DNA from: an uncultured Chloroflexia bacterium | GTDB taxonomy: Bacteria > Chloroflexota > Ktedonobacteria > Ktedonobacterales > JADMIN01 | Length of the DNA: 32,000 nt | Assembly: GCA_963718915.1 (NCBI GenBank) | Contig: CAVRAI010000015.1 | Coordinates: forward strand, 570,001-602,000 | Direction of reading: 5' to 3' | Shown: positions 17,989 to 27,380 of the stretch, in pieces | How the letters are laid out: the number at the start of each line of letters is the position of its first letter | Position numbering within the stretch: the first letter of the stretch is position 1 | Notes under the pieces: model-generated | Seen by the model: the letters and a program-made list of their open reading frames with translations, nothing else | Told to the model about the DNA's origin: nothing | Database searches by the model: none | Made by a program: the position numbers and the translations under genes

Positions 17989-19478
17989 ACGGGTTGCCTC
18001 CTAGCCACCGTTCGTCTGTTCTTGAGCTTCTCGACGATCTTCGCCGCCGCCAGTTCGCCCTGGTGAATGCAGTCGGGCACGCCTACACCGCGATACGAGC
18101 TACCCGCCACGGCCATGCCTGATGGGAGCGCCTCCTCGATGGCCGCCACGCGCTCCAGATGGCCAACGTCATACTGCGGATAGCCGTCGGGCCAGCGGAA
18201 GATGCGCGTGAAGAGCGGGGCCGCTTGCACGCCCAGGATGTCGGCCAGCTCCTCGCGCACAATTGCGATCAGTCTCGCGTCGTCCAGGCGCAGCATCGCG
18301 CGGGTATGCGGCCCACCGAAGAAGACGCGCACCAGCGCATGCCCAGGCGGCGCGCGGTGGTTCCATTTCGAGGATACCCAGGTGATGCCGTCAATGCGGC
18401 GGCCCTCAGTCGGCGGAATGACGACACCAGTGCCGTTGAGCGGATGGGCGATGTCATCCCGTCGGTAGGCCAGATAGATCGCGCCGATACCCGCATAGCG
18501 GATGCCAGCCAGTAGCGCGGCGGCCTCCGGCGCAATCTCGTGTGTGAGGGTCGCGGAGACGTTGGCGGGCGTGGCGTGAATCACAGCATCGGCGGTCAGC
18601 GACGCGCCATCGTCGAGGTGTATCACGTAGTTTCCATTGTCAGTCGGCGTGATGCTACAGACGGTTGTGTCTAGCCGCAGCGCGCCAGTTAGCCTGGCTA
18701 CGAGCGCATCCACCAATGACTGATTGCCCGCCTCGAATGAGAGAAATGCGGGCGTCTCGGATGGCGGCTGTTGGCGGCTGGCAGCGCGCAATCCGCGGAT
18801 GACGCTGCCGTGCGCGCGTTCGAGCGCCGGAAATTGCGGGAAGGTCGCCAGGATGCTCTGGCGCTCAGGCTCGGCGTTATAGACACCCGCCAGCATCGGC
18901 TCGGCCAGCCGTCGCAGCGCCTCATCGCCGAAGCGCCTGCGCACGAATGTCGCCAGCGATTCGTCGTCAGCCTGTCGTCGTGGTGGCAGCAGCAGATCGA
19001 GGGTGATACGTACTTTGCCCCAGGGCGAGAAGAGCGGCGAGCGCAGAAACGGTAGCCACTGTGTCGGCGCAAGCAGTTGCAGGCCGGCAGGCAGTGGCTC
19101 CGGCTTGCCCCCACGCAGCACGAAGGTGCGGCTGTTCTCGCGGTTGACGAAGAGGAAATGCTCGTCCAGGCGCAGATCACGCGCCAGCGCGAGCGCCCAG
19201 GGCTTGCGCGTCAGCAGCCCATCCGGCCCCGCCTCCAGCACCCAGGCGGGCGCGCCGTCGCGCTCTATCACTTCCGAGCGCACCTTGCCACCCCAGCGGC
19301 TGGATTGCTCGACCAGGGTGTACGTAATTGGCAGGCCGTCACGCGCCGCCGCCTGTTGCAGATGCCACGCCGCGCTCAACCCGGTGATACCGCCACCGAG
19401 AATCACCACATGCGCGTCCAGAGCCTCTGGCTCCCCCTCTCCTCGCGGGAGAGGAGGCCGGGGGGTGAGGTCATCCAT
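17985..19478 (-). CDS. hemY: Coproporphyrinogen III / protoporphyrinogen oxidase (HemY/CgoX), FAD-dependent
   Basis: [17 protein letters not shown] dinucleotide-binding motif, with HemY-like length and C-terminus. ATG 19478 overlaps the hemE stop by 8 nt; an alternative GTG lies at 19409. The stop overlaps the hemL start (ATGA at 17985-17988). Confidence 0.85.
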   Translation of the reverse strand: MDDLTPRPPLPRGEGEPEALDAHVVILGGGITGLSAAWHLQQAAARDGLPITYTLVEQSSRWGGKVRSEVIERDGAPAWVLEAGPDGLLTRKPWALALARDLRLDEHFLFVNRENSRTFVLRGGKPEPLPAGLQLLAPTQWLPFLRSPLFSPWGKVRITLDLLLPPRRQADDESLATFVRRRFGDEALRRLAEPMLAGVYNAEPERQSILATFPQFPALERAHGSVIRGLRAASRQQPPSETPAFLSFEAGNQSLVDALVARLTGALRLDTTVCSITPTDNGNYVIHLDDGASLTADAVIHATPANVSATLTHEIAPEAAALLAGIRYAGIGAIYLAYRRDDIAHPLNGTGVVIPPTEGRRIDGITWVSSKWNHRAPPGHALVRVFFGGPHTRAMLRLDDARLIAIVREELADILGVQAAPLFTRIFRWPDGYPQYDVGHLERVAAIEEALPSGMAVAGSSYRGVGVPDCIHQGELAAAKIVEKLKNRRTVARRQPV

Positions 19479-20517
19479 TGCCAGCCGCCGTCTGCTCATG
19501 GACGAAATCCACCAGTCGCTTGACGTTATCGGTCGGTGTCTCTGGCAGGATGCCGTGGCCCAGGTTGAAGATGTGGCCCGCGCGTCCGTCTGCCTGATCC
19601 AGAATCGCCTGCGCGCGCTGCTTGAGCGCATCCCATGGGGCAAGCAGCGCGACCGGATCGAGATTGCCCTGCACCGCCGCATCTTCTCCGAGCCGCTGCC
19701 ACGCCGCGCCCAGGTCGATGCGCCAGTCCACGCTGATGACATCTGCGCCCGTCTCGCGCATTGCCTCCAGGTAGCCGCTGGTATCCGTGGCAAAGTGGAT
19801 GATGGGCACGCCTGCCTCGCGGGCAATCGTGATGGCGCGCTGGGTATAGGGCAGCGCGAACTGGCGATAGTCGCTGGCGGAGAGTTGGCCTGCCCAGCTA
19901 TCGAAGAGTTGCAGCGCCTGCGCCCCGGCACGCGCCTGTGCCAGCAGATACGTCCCAACCACCTCGCTGAGCTTCGTCATCAGTTCATCCCAGGCGGCGG
20001 GCGCGCTCATCATCAGCCCCTTCGCCAGGGCGTAGTTGCGGCTGCCTCTTCCCTCGATGGCATAGGCCGCCAGCGTGAACGGCGCGCCGCTGAAGCCAAT
20101 CAGCGGGATGTTGCGTCCGTCCAACTGTGCGCGCGCCAGCCGGATCGCCTCCAGCGTGAAGGGCAGCGTCTCCTCAGGCGGGTGTACCCGCAGCCGCGTG
20201 ATGTCGTCCACCGTCCGCACTGGATTGCCAATCACTGGCCCCTCACCCTCGGCGAAACGCAGGTGCAACCCCATCCCTTCGAGCGGCGGCAGGATATCGG
20301 CGAAGATGATGGCGGCGTCGAGGTCGAACGTTTCGATGGGTTGGAGCGTCACCTCGCAGGCCAGCTCGGGCGTCTTGATGATCGTCAGTAGCGGATGATG
20401 CTCCCGCACCTTACGATATGCGGGCATGTAACGCCCCGCCTGGCGCATCAGCCAGATCGGCGTCGCATCGGTTGGTTCGCGGCGGCAGGCCTTCAGAAAG
20501 CGGCTCTCGGCGGTCAT
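19471..20517 (-). CDS. hemE: Uroporphyrinogen decarboxylase (HemE/UroD)
   Basis: N-terminal FLKACRREPTDATPIWLMRQAGRYMPAYR signature, 348 aa. Directly abuts the hemB stop. Confidence 0.95.
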   Translation of the reverse strand: MTAESRFLKACRREPTDATPIWLMRQAGRYMPAYRKVREHHPLLTIIKTPELACEVTLQPIETFDLDAAIIFADILPPLEGMGLHLRFAEGEGPVIGNPVRTVDDITRLRVHPPEETLPFTLEAIRLARAQLDGRNIPLIGFSGAPFTLAAYAIEGRGSRNYALAKGLMMSAPAAWDELMTKLSEVVGTYLLAQARAGAQALQLFDSWAGQLSASDYRQFALPYTQRAITIAREAGVPIIHFATDTSGYLEAMRETGADVISVDWRIDLGAAWQRLGEDAAVQGNLDPVALLAPWDALKQRAQAILDQADGRAGHIFNLGHGILPETPTDNVKRLVDFVHEQTAAGNG

Positions 20518-21585
20518 CTATTCGGCTCCATCCAGCCAGCGTGCGGCGTCTTTGGCGAAGTAGGTCAGGATCATATCGGCCCCGGCTCTTTTGATGCTGA
20601 CGAGGCTTTCCAGCGCGCATCGCTTCAGGTCGAGCCAGCCGTTGGCCGCCGCCGCGTGGAGCATCGCGTATTCGCCGCTCACCTGATACGCCGCGACTGG
20701 CAGCGAGAATGACTGGCGCACCTCGCTCAGCACGTCCAGATAAGGCAGCGCGGGCTTGACCATCAGCATGTCTGCCCCCTCGGCGACATCCATCGCCACC
20801 TCGCGTAGCGCCTCGCGCCGGTTGGCGGGATCCATCTGATACTGGCTGCGGTCGCCAAAGGCTGGCGGACTCTCCGCCGCGTCGCGGAATGGGCCATAGA
20901 AGCCGCTGGCATACTTGGCGGCGTAGCTGAGAATGGCGACGTGATCGAGTCTGTGTTCGTCTAGCGCGGCGCGAATCGCCCCCACCATGCCATCCATCAT
21001 GCCCGATGGCGCGATGATATCTGCCCCTGCCTCGGCATGCGCCACCGACGCGCGACCCAGCAGTTCGAGTGTCAGGTCGTTCAGCACGTAACCCTCAGGC
21101 AGCCGATTGGTATAGTGGCTGGCGCCCGGCGTGTTGATGATGCCGCAGTGGCCGTGGTCGGTATACTCGCAGAAGCACATGTCGGAGATAACGACCATCT
21201 CTGGTGTGACCTCTTTGATGGCGCGAATCGCCCGCGGCACGATGCCATCGGCGGCGTAGTTTTCGCTGCCCGTCGCGTCTTTGCTTGCTGGAATGCCAAA
21301 AAGCACGACCGCCGGAATGCCCAGCGCGGCGATCTCGCGCGCCTCGTCGCGCAGCCGATCCACCGACCATTGAGACTGGCCCGGCATAGATGCTATTGGT
21401 TGCCTGATGTTCTCGCCATGGCGCACGAACAGCGGATAGATAAAGTCCGATGGACTGAGCGTCGTCTCGCGTACCATCCGGCGCATCGTCTCGCTTAGAC
21501 GCAGCCGACGCGGGCGGGCGACCGGGAAGCCCGCCGATGTCTCGGCGGTCTGTTGCGGACTTGTCCGCCTTCGGGAAGTCACCAT
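20518..21585 (-). CDS. hemB: Porphobilinogen synthase (HemB/PbgS), Zn-type
   Basis: [18 protein letters not shown], Cys-rich metal site [14 protein letters not shown], Schiff-base Lys region [19 protein letters not shown] upstream. Confidence 0.95.
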   Translation of the reverse strand: MVTSRRRTSPQQTAETSAGFPVARPRRLRLSETMRRMVRETTLSPSDFIYPLFVRHGENIRQPIASMPGQSQWSVDRLRDEAREIAALGIPAVVLFGIPASKDATGSENYAADGIVPRAIRAIKEVTPEMVVISDMCFCEYTDHGHCGIINTPGASHYTNRLPEGYVLNDLTLELLGRASVAHAEAGADIIAPSGMMDGMVGAIRAALDEHRLDHVAILSYAAKYASGFYGPFRDAAESPPAFGDRSQYQMDPANRREALREVAMDVAEGADMLMVKPALPYLDVLSEVRQSFSLPVAAYQVSGEYAMLHAAAANGWLDLKRCALESLVSIKRAGADMILTYFAKDAARWLDGAE

Positions 21586-21714
21586 CGCGTTATCCGCTCC
21601 TTATCGTCGTTTGTTGGCGTAGGTTGTCTGTGTGTCAATGCTGGCAGCCGAAGCCATCTTGTTATTTCGTGAGGATGTGGGCGCTGAATGGCAAAATTCG
21701 TCTGGTTGTGCGCT

Positions 21715-21817
21715 CGCCGTAGGCTGAAGACCTACGGCTAATCCCGCCGCGGGCGCGGTCACCTGCCCTTATACACGGCGTTGCGCTTCGGGATTAGCCG
21801 CGGCATTCATGTCGCGG
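21715..21817. repeat. Second composite REP/MITE-like element, splitting the heme cluster between hemD and hemB
   Basis: Left arm 21715-21744 is CGCCGTAGGCTGAAGACCTACGGCTAATCC. Degenerate inverted right arm 21791-21817 is GGATTAGCCGCGGCATTCATGTCGCGG. Confidence 0.7.
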
Positions 21818-21894
21818 ACGGTCGCCACACTGCGTCACGTGCCATCCAGGCGCATTCCTCCGATTGCGATAACCGACCATGTGCTCTCTTGTGA

Positions 21895-22683
21895 TTATCC
21901 CGCTTGCCCGAAATATGGAACAAGCGCCTGCACCAGCCCGGTCAGTGTGTGCTCTGATGCTACTACTGTCGCCCGCAGGCCCAGCGCCTCAACTGCCTGC
22001 GCGGTGCTGGGGCCGATGCATGCGAGGCAGACACTCTGTAGCGTCTGCACGTCGCCATCCTCCAATTGTAGTCGCCGCACCAGATTGTTTGCCGTCGAGC
22101 CACTCGTCAACGTGATAGCGTCCACCGCGCCCCTGGCGAGCAGCGTGGGCAGATCAACACCGCCGCGGCTCATCCCCGGCTGATACGCGACGACTGCCGC
22201 GACGCGCGCGCCACGTTTTGCCATCGCCCGCGCCATCTCGTTGTTATCGAGAGCGGAGTGTGGCAGCAGAATCGTTGCGCCCGTGATGTCTGGAAAAGCC
22301 GCCACCATATCCAGCGCACTGTAGCTATTCTCCGGGATCATCTCGACACGCAGCCCCAGCGCTTCTTCAGTCGCCCGCGCCGTAGATGGGCCGACGGCGG
22401 CCACCCGCAGCCCCGCCAGCGCGCCCGATGGCATTCCAAGCGCTGCCACCCGCTGCGCCACGGCATCCACAGCATTGGCGCTGGTTAAGGCTAGCCAGTC
22501 ATACTGGCCCGCCACCGCCGCCCGGAGCGCGTCATCCAGCGGACCGAGATGGTCGGGCGGCGCAATCGCCAGGCAGGGATAGCGGTAGACCGTCGCGCCC
22601 TCCGCCTGGAGCAGCGATTCGAGCGCCGCCGCCTGGTGTTCGGCCCGCGTGACGATCACCACCCTGCCCGCCAGCGCGCTCAT
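21895..22683 (-). CDS. hemD: Uroporphyrinogen-III synthase (HemD/UroS)
   Basis: LAGRVVIVTRAEHQAAALESLLQAEGATVYRYPCLAIAPP with a two-lobed repeat layout, 262 aa. ATGA overlap with the hemC stop (22680-22683). Confidence 0.8.
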   Translation of the reverse strand: MSALAGRVVIVTRAEHQAAALESLLQAEGATVYRYPCLAIAPPDHLGPLDDALRAAVAGQYDWLALTSANAVDAVAQRVAALGMPSGALAGLRVAAVGPSTARATEEALGLRVEMIPENSYSALDMVAAFPDITGATILLPHSALDNNEMARAMAKRGARVAAVVAYQPGMSRGGVDLPTLLARGAVDAITLTSGSTANNLVRRLQLEDGDVQTLQSVCLACIGPSTAQAVEALGLRATVVASEHTLTGLVQALVPYFGQAG

Positions 22684-23627
22684 GACTCGTCCTCCAGCAG
22701 TTCGTCGGCATGCTGCGCCAGCGCCATCTCCGCCAGCCGCTGGCCAAGGGTTGCCGCGCCTTTGGGAGAAGCGGATCCTTCGAGCGTGACATCCACTTGA
22801 CGCGAGCCATCCGGCGCAGTGACACGACCGCGTAACACAAGTCGCCGATTCCTGATCTCGGCGTAGGCCGCGACCGGCGTCGCGCAGCCGCCACCGAGCG
22901 CCGCCAGAAACGCGCGCTCCGCCGTGACCGCCAGCAGCGTTGGGCGGTGGATGATGGGCGCGAGTAATGCCCGTGAGGCCGCCTCGTCACGGCATTGCAC
23001 CGCAAGCGCGCCCTGACCCGGCGCGGGCAACATCTCATCCAGCGATAGATCCTGGCTGATTTCCCCCGCTCGCTTCAGACGGTCAAGTCCCGCCATTGCC
23101 AGCACAATGGCGTCATATGGGCCATCCGCCGCCAGCGCCTTGCGCATCCGTGTATCGACGTTACCGCGGATATCGAGCAGGCGCAGGTCGGGCCGCCGCA
23201 CGAGCAATTGCGCCGCGCGCCGTCGGCTGCTCGTGCCGACTGTCGCGTGTGCGGGCAATGAGTCCAGCGTGTGGTTCGCTCGACTGATGAGCGCGTCGTG
23301 CGCGTTGCCGCGCTGTGGGATCGCGCCGATGATGAGTCCCTCGCTGTTGTCGGTGGGCAGGTCTTTCAGACTGTGGACGGCGAGATCAATCGCGCCATTG
23401 CGGAGAGCCGCCTCCAGTTCGGCGGTGAAGACGCCCTTGCCGCCAATCTGCGGCAGCGGCGAGTCCAGTGTGATGTCGCCCTGTGTCTTCATCACCTCAA
23501 TGCTGACAGCGAGCGACGGCCAGGCCTGCCGCAACAGGTCGCGAACGTGGTGCGCCTGCCAGAGCGCCAGCGCCGAGCCGCGCGTGCCAATGCGCACCGC
23601 ATCCATCGGACTTATCAGGCTAGTCAT
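22680..23627 (-). CDS. hemC: Hydroxymethylbilane synthase / porphobilinogen deaminase (HemC/HmbS)
   Basis: VRIGTRGSALALWQAHHV, and the cofactor Cys in LGGGCATPVAAYAE. Start is ATG 23627 (overlaps the hemA stop) or ATG 23606. Confidence 0.9.
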   Translation of the reverse strand: MTSLISPMDAVRIGTRGSALALWQAHHVRDLLRQAWPSLAVSIEVMKTQGDITLDSPLPQIGGKGVFTAELEAALRNGAIDLAVHSLKDLPTDNSEGLIIGAIPQRGNAHDALISRANHTLDSLPAHATVGTSSRRRAAQLLVRRPDLRLLDIRGNVDTRMRKALAADGPYDAIVLAMAGLDRLKRAGEISQDLSLDEMLPAPGQGALAVQCRDEAASRALLAPIIHRPTLLAVTAERAFLAALGGGCATPVAAYAEIRNRRLVLRGRVTAPDGSRQVDVTLEGSASPKGAATLGQRLAEMALAQHADELLEDES

Positions 23628-24936
23628 CGTCAGAGTCCGTTTCAGTGTCTGGCTCAGCCTCAGCTGGCGCATCGAGGGCGAACATTTTGCGGATGGCATG
23701 CTCGTAGTCGAAGTGATCGCCATGGGCTGCCCGCCACTTCAGGTTGACTGTAGGCGTGTGCAGCAGCTTGTTGACGATGCGTTGCGCCATCTGCGCCACC
23801 ACGTCGCGCTCGTGTTGATCCAGGTCGGGCAGGCGATTCAGCGCGTGTTCAAGCTCCGCCTCGGCAATGGTGTCGGCCCGGCCTCGTAGCTCGGTCAAGA
23901 CAGGAACGATGCGGCGACTCCTGAGCCAGTTGACGTATGTCACCGCCTCGCCTTCGATAATCCCCTCGACGGACGTCACCTCAGCCTCACGCAATATCCG
24001 GTGTTGCGCGACCACCGCCTGCAAGTCGTCGATATCATGCAGGCGAATCGCGGGCGCCAGGTCTGCCGCAGGCGCGATGTTGCGCGGGACGCCGATATCC
24101 ACCAGCAACAGCGGTCTCGCCACAAAGTCGCGCGCGCTCGTGGCGATCTCGTCCGTGCGCAGAATCGGCTGGCGCGCGCTGGTCGCTGTGATGACGGCGT
24201 CGGCGCTGGCAATCGCCCGCCGCAACTCCCCCCACGGGCGAGCCTGGATGCCTAGCTGATTAGCGAGGGCTTGAGCGCGATCAGCGCTGCGGTTGATGAC
24301 GGTGAGTGTGCTGCCGGTGTCGGCGGCGTGCTGCGCCAGCGCTCCCACCGCCAGGGTTGCCATCTCGCCCGCGCCCACCACAACGATATGCGGACGCTCC
24401 ATGTTCGCCGTCTCGCGCTGAACGAGTTGGGCGGCGGCGTGGCTGATCGAGAGGGTGTGCTGGCTGATGGCCGTCTCGGTGCGGGCGCGTTTGCCGGTGT
24501 GCAGCGAGGCGGTATAGAGACGGTTGAGCAGCGCGCCGCTCGTACGCGCTTGTCGCGCCTGGTCGAGCGCCTCGGTAAGCTGGCGCATGATTTGTGTCTC
24601 GCCCAGCACCAGCGATTCCAGCCCGGCGGCGACGCGGAAGAGATGGCGTACCGCATCAGCATCATCCTTGCGATAGAGCGAATCGAGCAAGGGACGCATC
24701 GGGATGCTTTCGGCGTTGAGCAGGCAATCGACAATCGCATCCTGGGCAAGTGTCAGATCGTCGCAGGTGGCGAAGACTTCATAGCGGTTGCAGGTGGAGA
24801 GAACCACCAGCTCGTCCAGCAGCCCATGTCGCAGCGACGCCAGCAGTGGTAGCAGGTGCGTGTCATCCGCCTGGAGCCGCTCGCGCAACTCCAGCGGTGC
24901 TGTGCGGTAGTCTAATCCGACAAGAATAAGCCTCAT
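23620..24936 (-). CDS. hemA: Glutamyl-tRNA reductase (HemA/GtrR)
   Basis: MRLILVGLDYRTAPLELRERL, active-site VLSTCNRYEVF, NADPH site VVVGAGEMA. Acidic C-terminal tail. Confidence 0.9.
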   Translation of the reverse strand: MRLILVGLDYRTAPLELRERLQADDTHLLPLLASLRHGLLDELVVLSTCNRYEVFATCDDLTLAQDAIVDCLLNAESIPMRPLLDSLYRKDDADAVRHLFRVAAGLESLVLGETQIMRQLTEALDQARQARTSGALLNRLYTASLHTGKRARTETAISQHTLSISHAAAQLVQRETANMERPHIVVVGAGEMATLAVGALAQHAADTGSTLTVINRSADRAQALANQLGIQARPWGELRRAIASADAVITATSARQPILRTDEIATSARDFVARPLLLVDIGVPRNIAPAADLAPAIRLHDIDDLQAVVAQHRILREAEVTSVEGIIEGEAVTYVNWLRSRRIVPVLTELRGRADTIAEAELEHALNRLPDLDQHERDVVAQMAQRIVNKLLHTPTVNLKWRAAHGDHFDYEHAIRKMFALDAPAEAEPDTETDSDDD

Positions 24937-24973
24937 ATGTACTTCATTCATCTCATTGTGCCGCAATCATCAT

Positions 24974-26047
24974 TCATTCGTGTTTCGCCGTCTCATGTCT
25001 TCCGGTCGCAATGCCGCCACAACAATCGATTCCGCACGTATCGGGGCTGGCTCCCTCCGAACCGAGAAATCGGCGCTCCGTTCCCGGCTGGATACGCTCG
25101 ACGATGAGTTGACGGATCATATCGACAAATGCCGGATGTGTCCCCGCCGTCTGCGCGCGCGCCATCGTTATCCCCAACTCATCCGCCAGTTGCCGCGCCT
25201 CCGCATCGAGATCATAGAGTACCTCAACATGATCGGACAGAAAGCCAATCGGCGCAACCACGACAGTCTCTTCGCCTTCATCTTTCAGTACGCGCAGGGT
25301 ATCGCAGATGTCTGGCTCCAGCCATGGTTGCGACGGCGAGCCGCTCCGGCTCTGGTACGCCAACTGCCATCGGGCACCAAGTCCCAACTCTGCGGCGATA
25401 AGCCGCCCCGTCTCGCGCAACTGGTCGACGTAGCGGCTGTTTCGCGCCATGCTCAGCGGAATGCTGTGCGCTGTGAAGACGACTTCGACGTCCGACTGTC
25501 GCGGCTTGGGAATCGTCGCCATCGCCGCGCGCACCCGGTCGGCGTTGGCGCGGATGAAGTCGGGATGGTTGTAGAACTTGCGCAGTGCGCTCACCACTGG
25601 CGCGTCAGGCCCAACCTCGTGTTGCGCGCGCTCGATATCTTCGAGATACTGGCGACAGCCCGAATACGAACTATAGGCCGATGTGATGTATGCCAGCGCG
25701 TGCCGTCTGCCGTCGCGCGCCATCTCGCGCAGGGTATCGGGCAGTAGCGGGCGCCAGTTGCGGTTGCCCCAGTAGATCGGCAGGTTGATGCCATGCGCGT
25801 CGAGCGATTGGCGCAGCGCCGCGATCAGGTCGCGGTTTTGCTGGTTGATCGGGCTGACCCCGCCGAATAGTTCGTAGTGATGCGCCACCGCCAGCATACG
25901 CTCACGCGGCACATTACGCCCGCGCAAGACGTTTTCCAGAAAGGGCATCACATCGTCCATGCCCTCGGGGCCGCCAAACGCGACGACCAGAATCGCATCG
26001 TAGGGCGCAGATATCGCGCTGACGTCCGTGGCAGCGTACTCTGTCAT
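24974..26047 (-). CDS. hemH: Ferrochelatase (HemH; coproporphyrin ferrochelatase CpfC by context)
   Basis: ILVVAFGGPEG, FTAHSIPLS (catalytic His), FLSDHVEVLYDLD. C-terminal Cys cluster DTCGIDCCGG. Confidence 0.9.
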   Translation of the reverse strand: MTEYAATDVSAISAPYDAILVVAFGGPEGMDDVMPFLENVLRGRNVPRERMLAVAHHYELFGGVSPINQQNRDLIAALRQSLDAHGINLPIYWGNRNWRPLLPDTLREMARDGRRHALAYITSAYSSYSGCRQYLEDIERAQHEVGPDAPVVSALRKFYNHPDFIRANADRVRAAMATIPKPRQSDVEVVFTAHSIPLSMARNSRYVDQLRETGRLIAAELGLGARWQLAYQSRSGSPSQPWLEPDICDTLRVLKDEGEETVVVAPIGFLSDHVEVLYDLDAEARQLADELGITMARAQTAGTHPAFVDMIRQLIVERIQPGTERRFLGSEGASPDTCGIDCCGGIATGRHETAKHE

Positions 26048-26050
26048 AGC

Positions 26051-27208
26051 TTACCTGCTCACCTCGCTGGGCGGCTTTGTGCCGACATAGACGACGCCAT
26101 CGCGCACCTCGACCTGATAGGTCGGCACCGGAGCGCTGGCGACGCCATCCACGACCTTGCCCGTCTCCAGATCGTACTGGGCAAAGTGCCAGGGGCAGGT
26201 GACGATGCACGCGCCGTCGCCGATGGATAGCTCGCCCTCGCTCAGCGGCCCGCGCGCGTGGGAGCAGCGGTTGCCGATGGCGTAGAAACGTCCGCCCGCG
26301 TGGAAGAGCGCCACCTGCTGGCCGTTGAGATAGACCACCCGCGTCGTGCCCTCGGCAATATCCTCGACGGGCGCGACATCTATCCACGCCTCGACGTACT
26401 TCTCGGCCTGGCGCGGCTTCGCGATCTTTGGCCCGCCCAGCGCATCAAGCGTCTCCGCCAGCGTCATGCGAATGCAGCTATAGAGCGGCGTATCGCGCAG
26501 GGTATACATGCTGGACTCAGTATCACGTAGTTCCTGCACCAGATCGAGGAAGTCGGAGGGTTCATCGGTCTCGAAGGCAACCACGAATTCCTGGTCGTCC
26601 AGCCCGAACGAGTAGGTGGTATTCAGCTTGACCGCCGGATATTTGCGGCCAATGCGGATGTGCTCATCCATAACCGCCTGACGCTCTTCCATCGGAAGGC
26701 GATACCAGGGCCGTGTCTTGACGAATGGGTAGACGAAGAGATATTTGGCGTCGCTGGGCGAGATGACCAGCCGCTCGGCATCCTCGTCGGGGTTGTCGCG
26801 AATCTCGTAGATCGAGCGTTTGGTCTGCGAGAGATACGACGAACCCAGGCGCAGGTAGCCGCCGATAGTGGTTGAGAGAATCGCCGTCGCCAGCTCCTGG
26901 ATTGGTTCGAGCGATTCGGCGACCTGCCAGAGCAGCAGTTCGGCGTCGGCGCGGGTGCCCATCAGGCTATATGGCCGCATCAACATCTGGCGATGAAACG
27001 ACTCAATCGTCTCGACCAGTTCCAGCTTCTGCTGCTTCTGGCGCTCGGCGGGCAGACGTCGCCACTGTGGGTCGATGGTGTAGAAGGCGAAACGAACGTA
27101 CTGGCGCTTCGTCGGCTTCGGATGCGCGGCGGGCTTTGGCGCGGCGGCAGGCGCGCTTTGTGATCGTTGAGGCCGCTGGGTTCGTTGGGTGGTGATATTC
27201 TGGGCCAT
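26051..27208 (-). CDS. hemQ: Chlorite-dismutase-family coproheme decarboxylase (HemQ/ChdC) fused to a C-terminal Rieske [2Fe-2S] domain
   Basis: HemQ part: YVRFAFYTIDPQW, YLFVYPFVKTRPWYRLPMEERQAVMDEHIRIG, TYSFGLDDQEFVVAFETDEPSDFLDLV. The last ~116 aa (26054-26401) are NirD-like Rieske: CSH (26258-26266) and CPWH (26186-26197). One continuous frame. Confidence 0.85.
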   Translation of the reverse strand: MAQNITTQRTQRPQRSQSAPAAAPKPAAHPKPTKRQYVRFAFYTIDPQWRRLPAERQKQQKLELVETIESFHRQMLMRPYSLMGTRADAELLLWQVAESLEPIQELATAILSTTIGGYLRLGSSYLSQTKRSIYEIRDNPDEDAERLVISPSDAKYLFVYPFVKTRPWYRLPMEERQAVMDEHIRIGRKYPAVKLNTTYSFGLDDQEFVVAFETDEPSDFLDLVQELRDTESSMYTLRDTPLYSCIRMTLAETLDALGGPKIAKPRQAEKYVEAWIDVAPVEDIAEGTTRVVYLNGQQVALFHAGGRFYAIGNRCSHARGPLSEGELSIGDGACIVTCPWHFAQYDLETGKVVDGVASAPVPTYQVEVRDGVVYVGTKPPSEVSR

Positions 27209-27341
27209 TGGCTATCTTTTCACGTTAACGCACAGGTTAAGCAAAATCACTTACACTATACCGGAACAGGCAAGACTACGCTAGTGGCGGCCAGAGTGGC
27301 TATGGATGGCGCGGGAGGGCTAGATTACTCTGGGGCAACCA

Positions 27342-27371
27342 CGCCGCAGGCTGAAGCCCTGCGGCTAATCC
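27342..27371 (+). repeat. Solo REP-like hairpin arm
   Basis: CGCCGCAGGCTGAAGCCCTGCGGCTAATCC, lying between the hemQ start and the FHA gene stop. Confidence 0.8.
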
Positions 27372-27380
27372 TTAATCATG

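Noticed and set aside
19479-19958. 160-codon N-terminal extension of the hemY ORF (657-aa form)
   Set aside because: It overlaps hemE out of frame, is Arg/Ser-rich, and the FAD-binding N-terminus of HemY begins just after ATG 19478.
19003-20391. 462-aa plus-strand ORF
   Set aside because: Antisense to hemY/hemE, whose own translations carry unambiguous family signatures. The product is R/A/G-rich junk.
26051-27208. Bona fide chlorite dismutase (perchlorate respiration)
   Set aside because: The gene is the first cistron of a heme operon, 3 nt from ferrochelatase. No perchlorate or chlorate reductase genes are nearby. The sequence looks HemQ-like, so ChdC is the better call.
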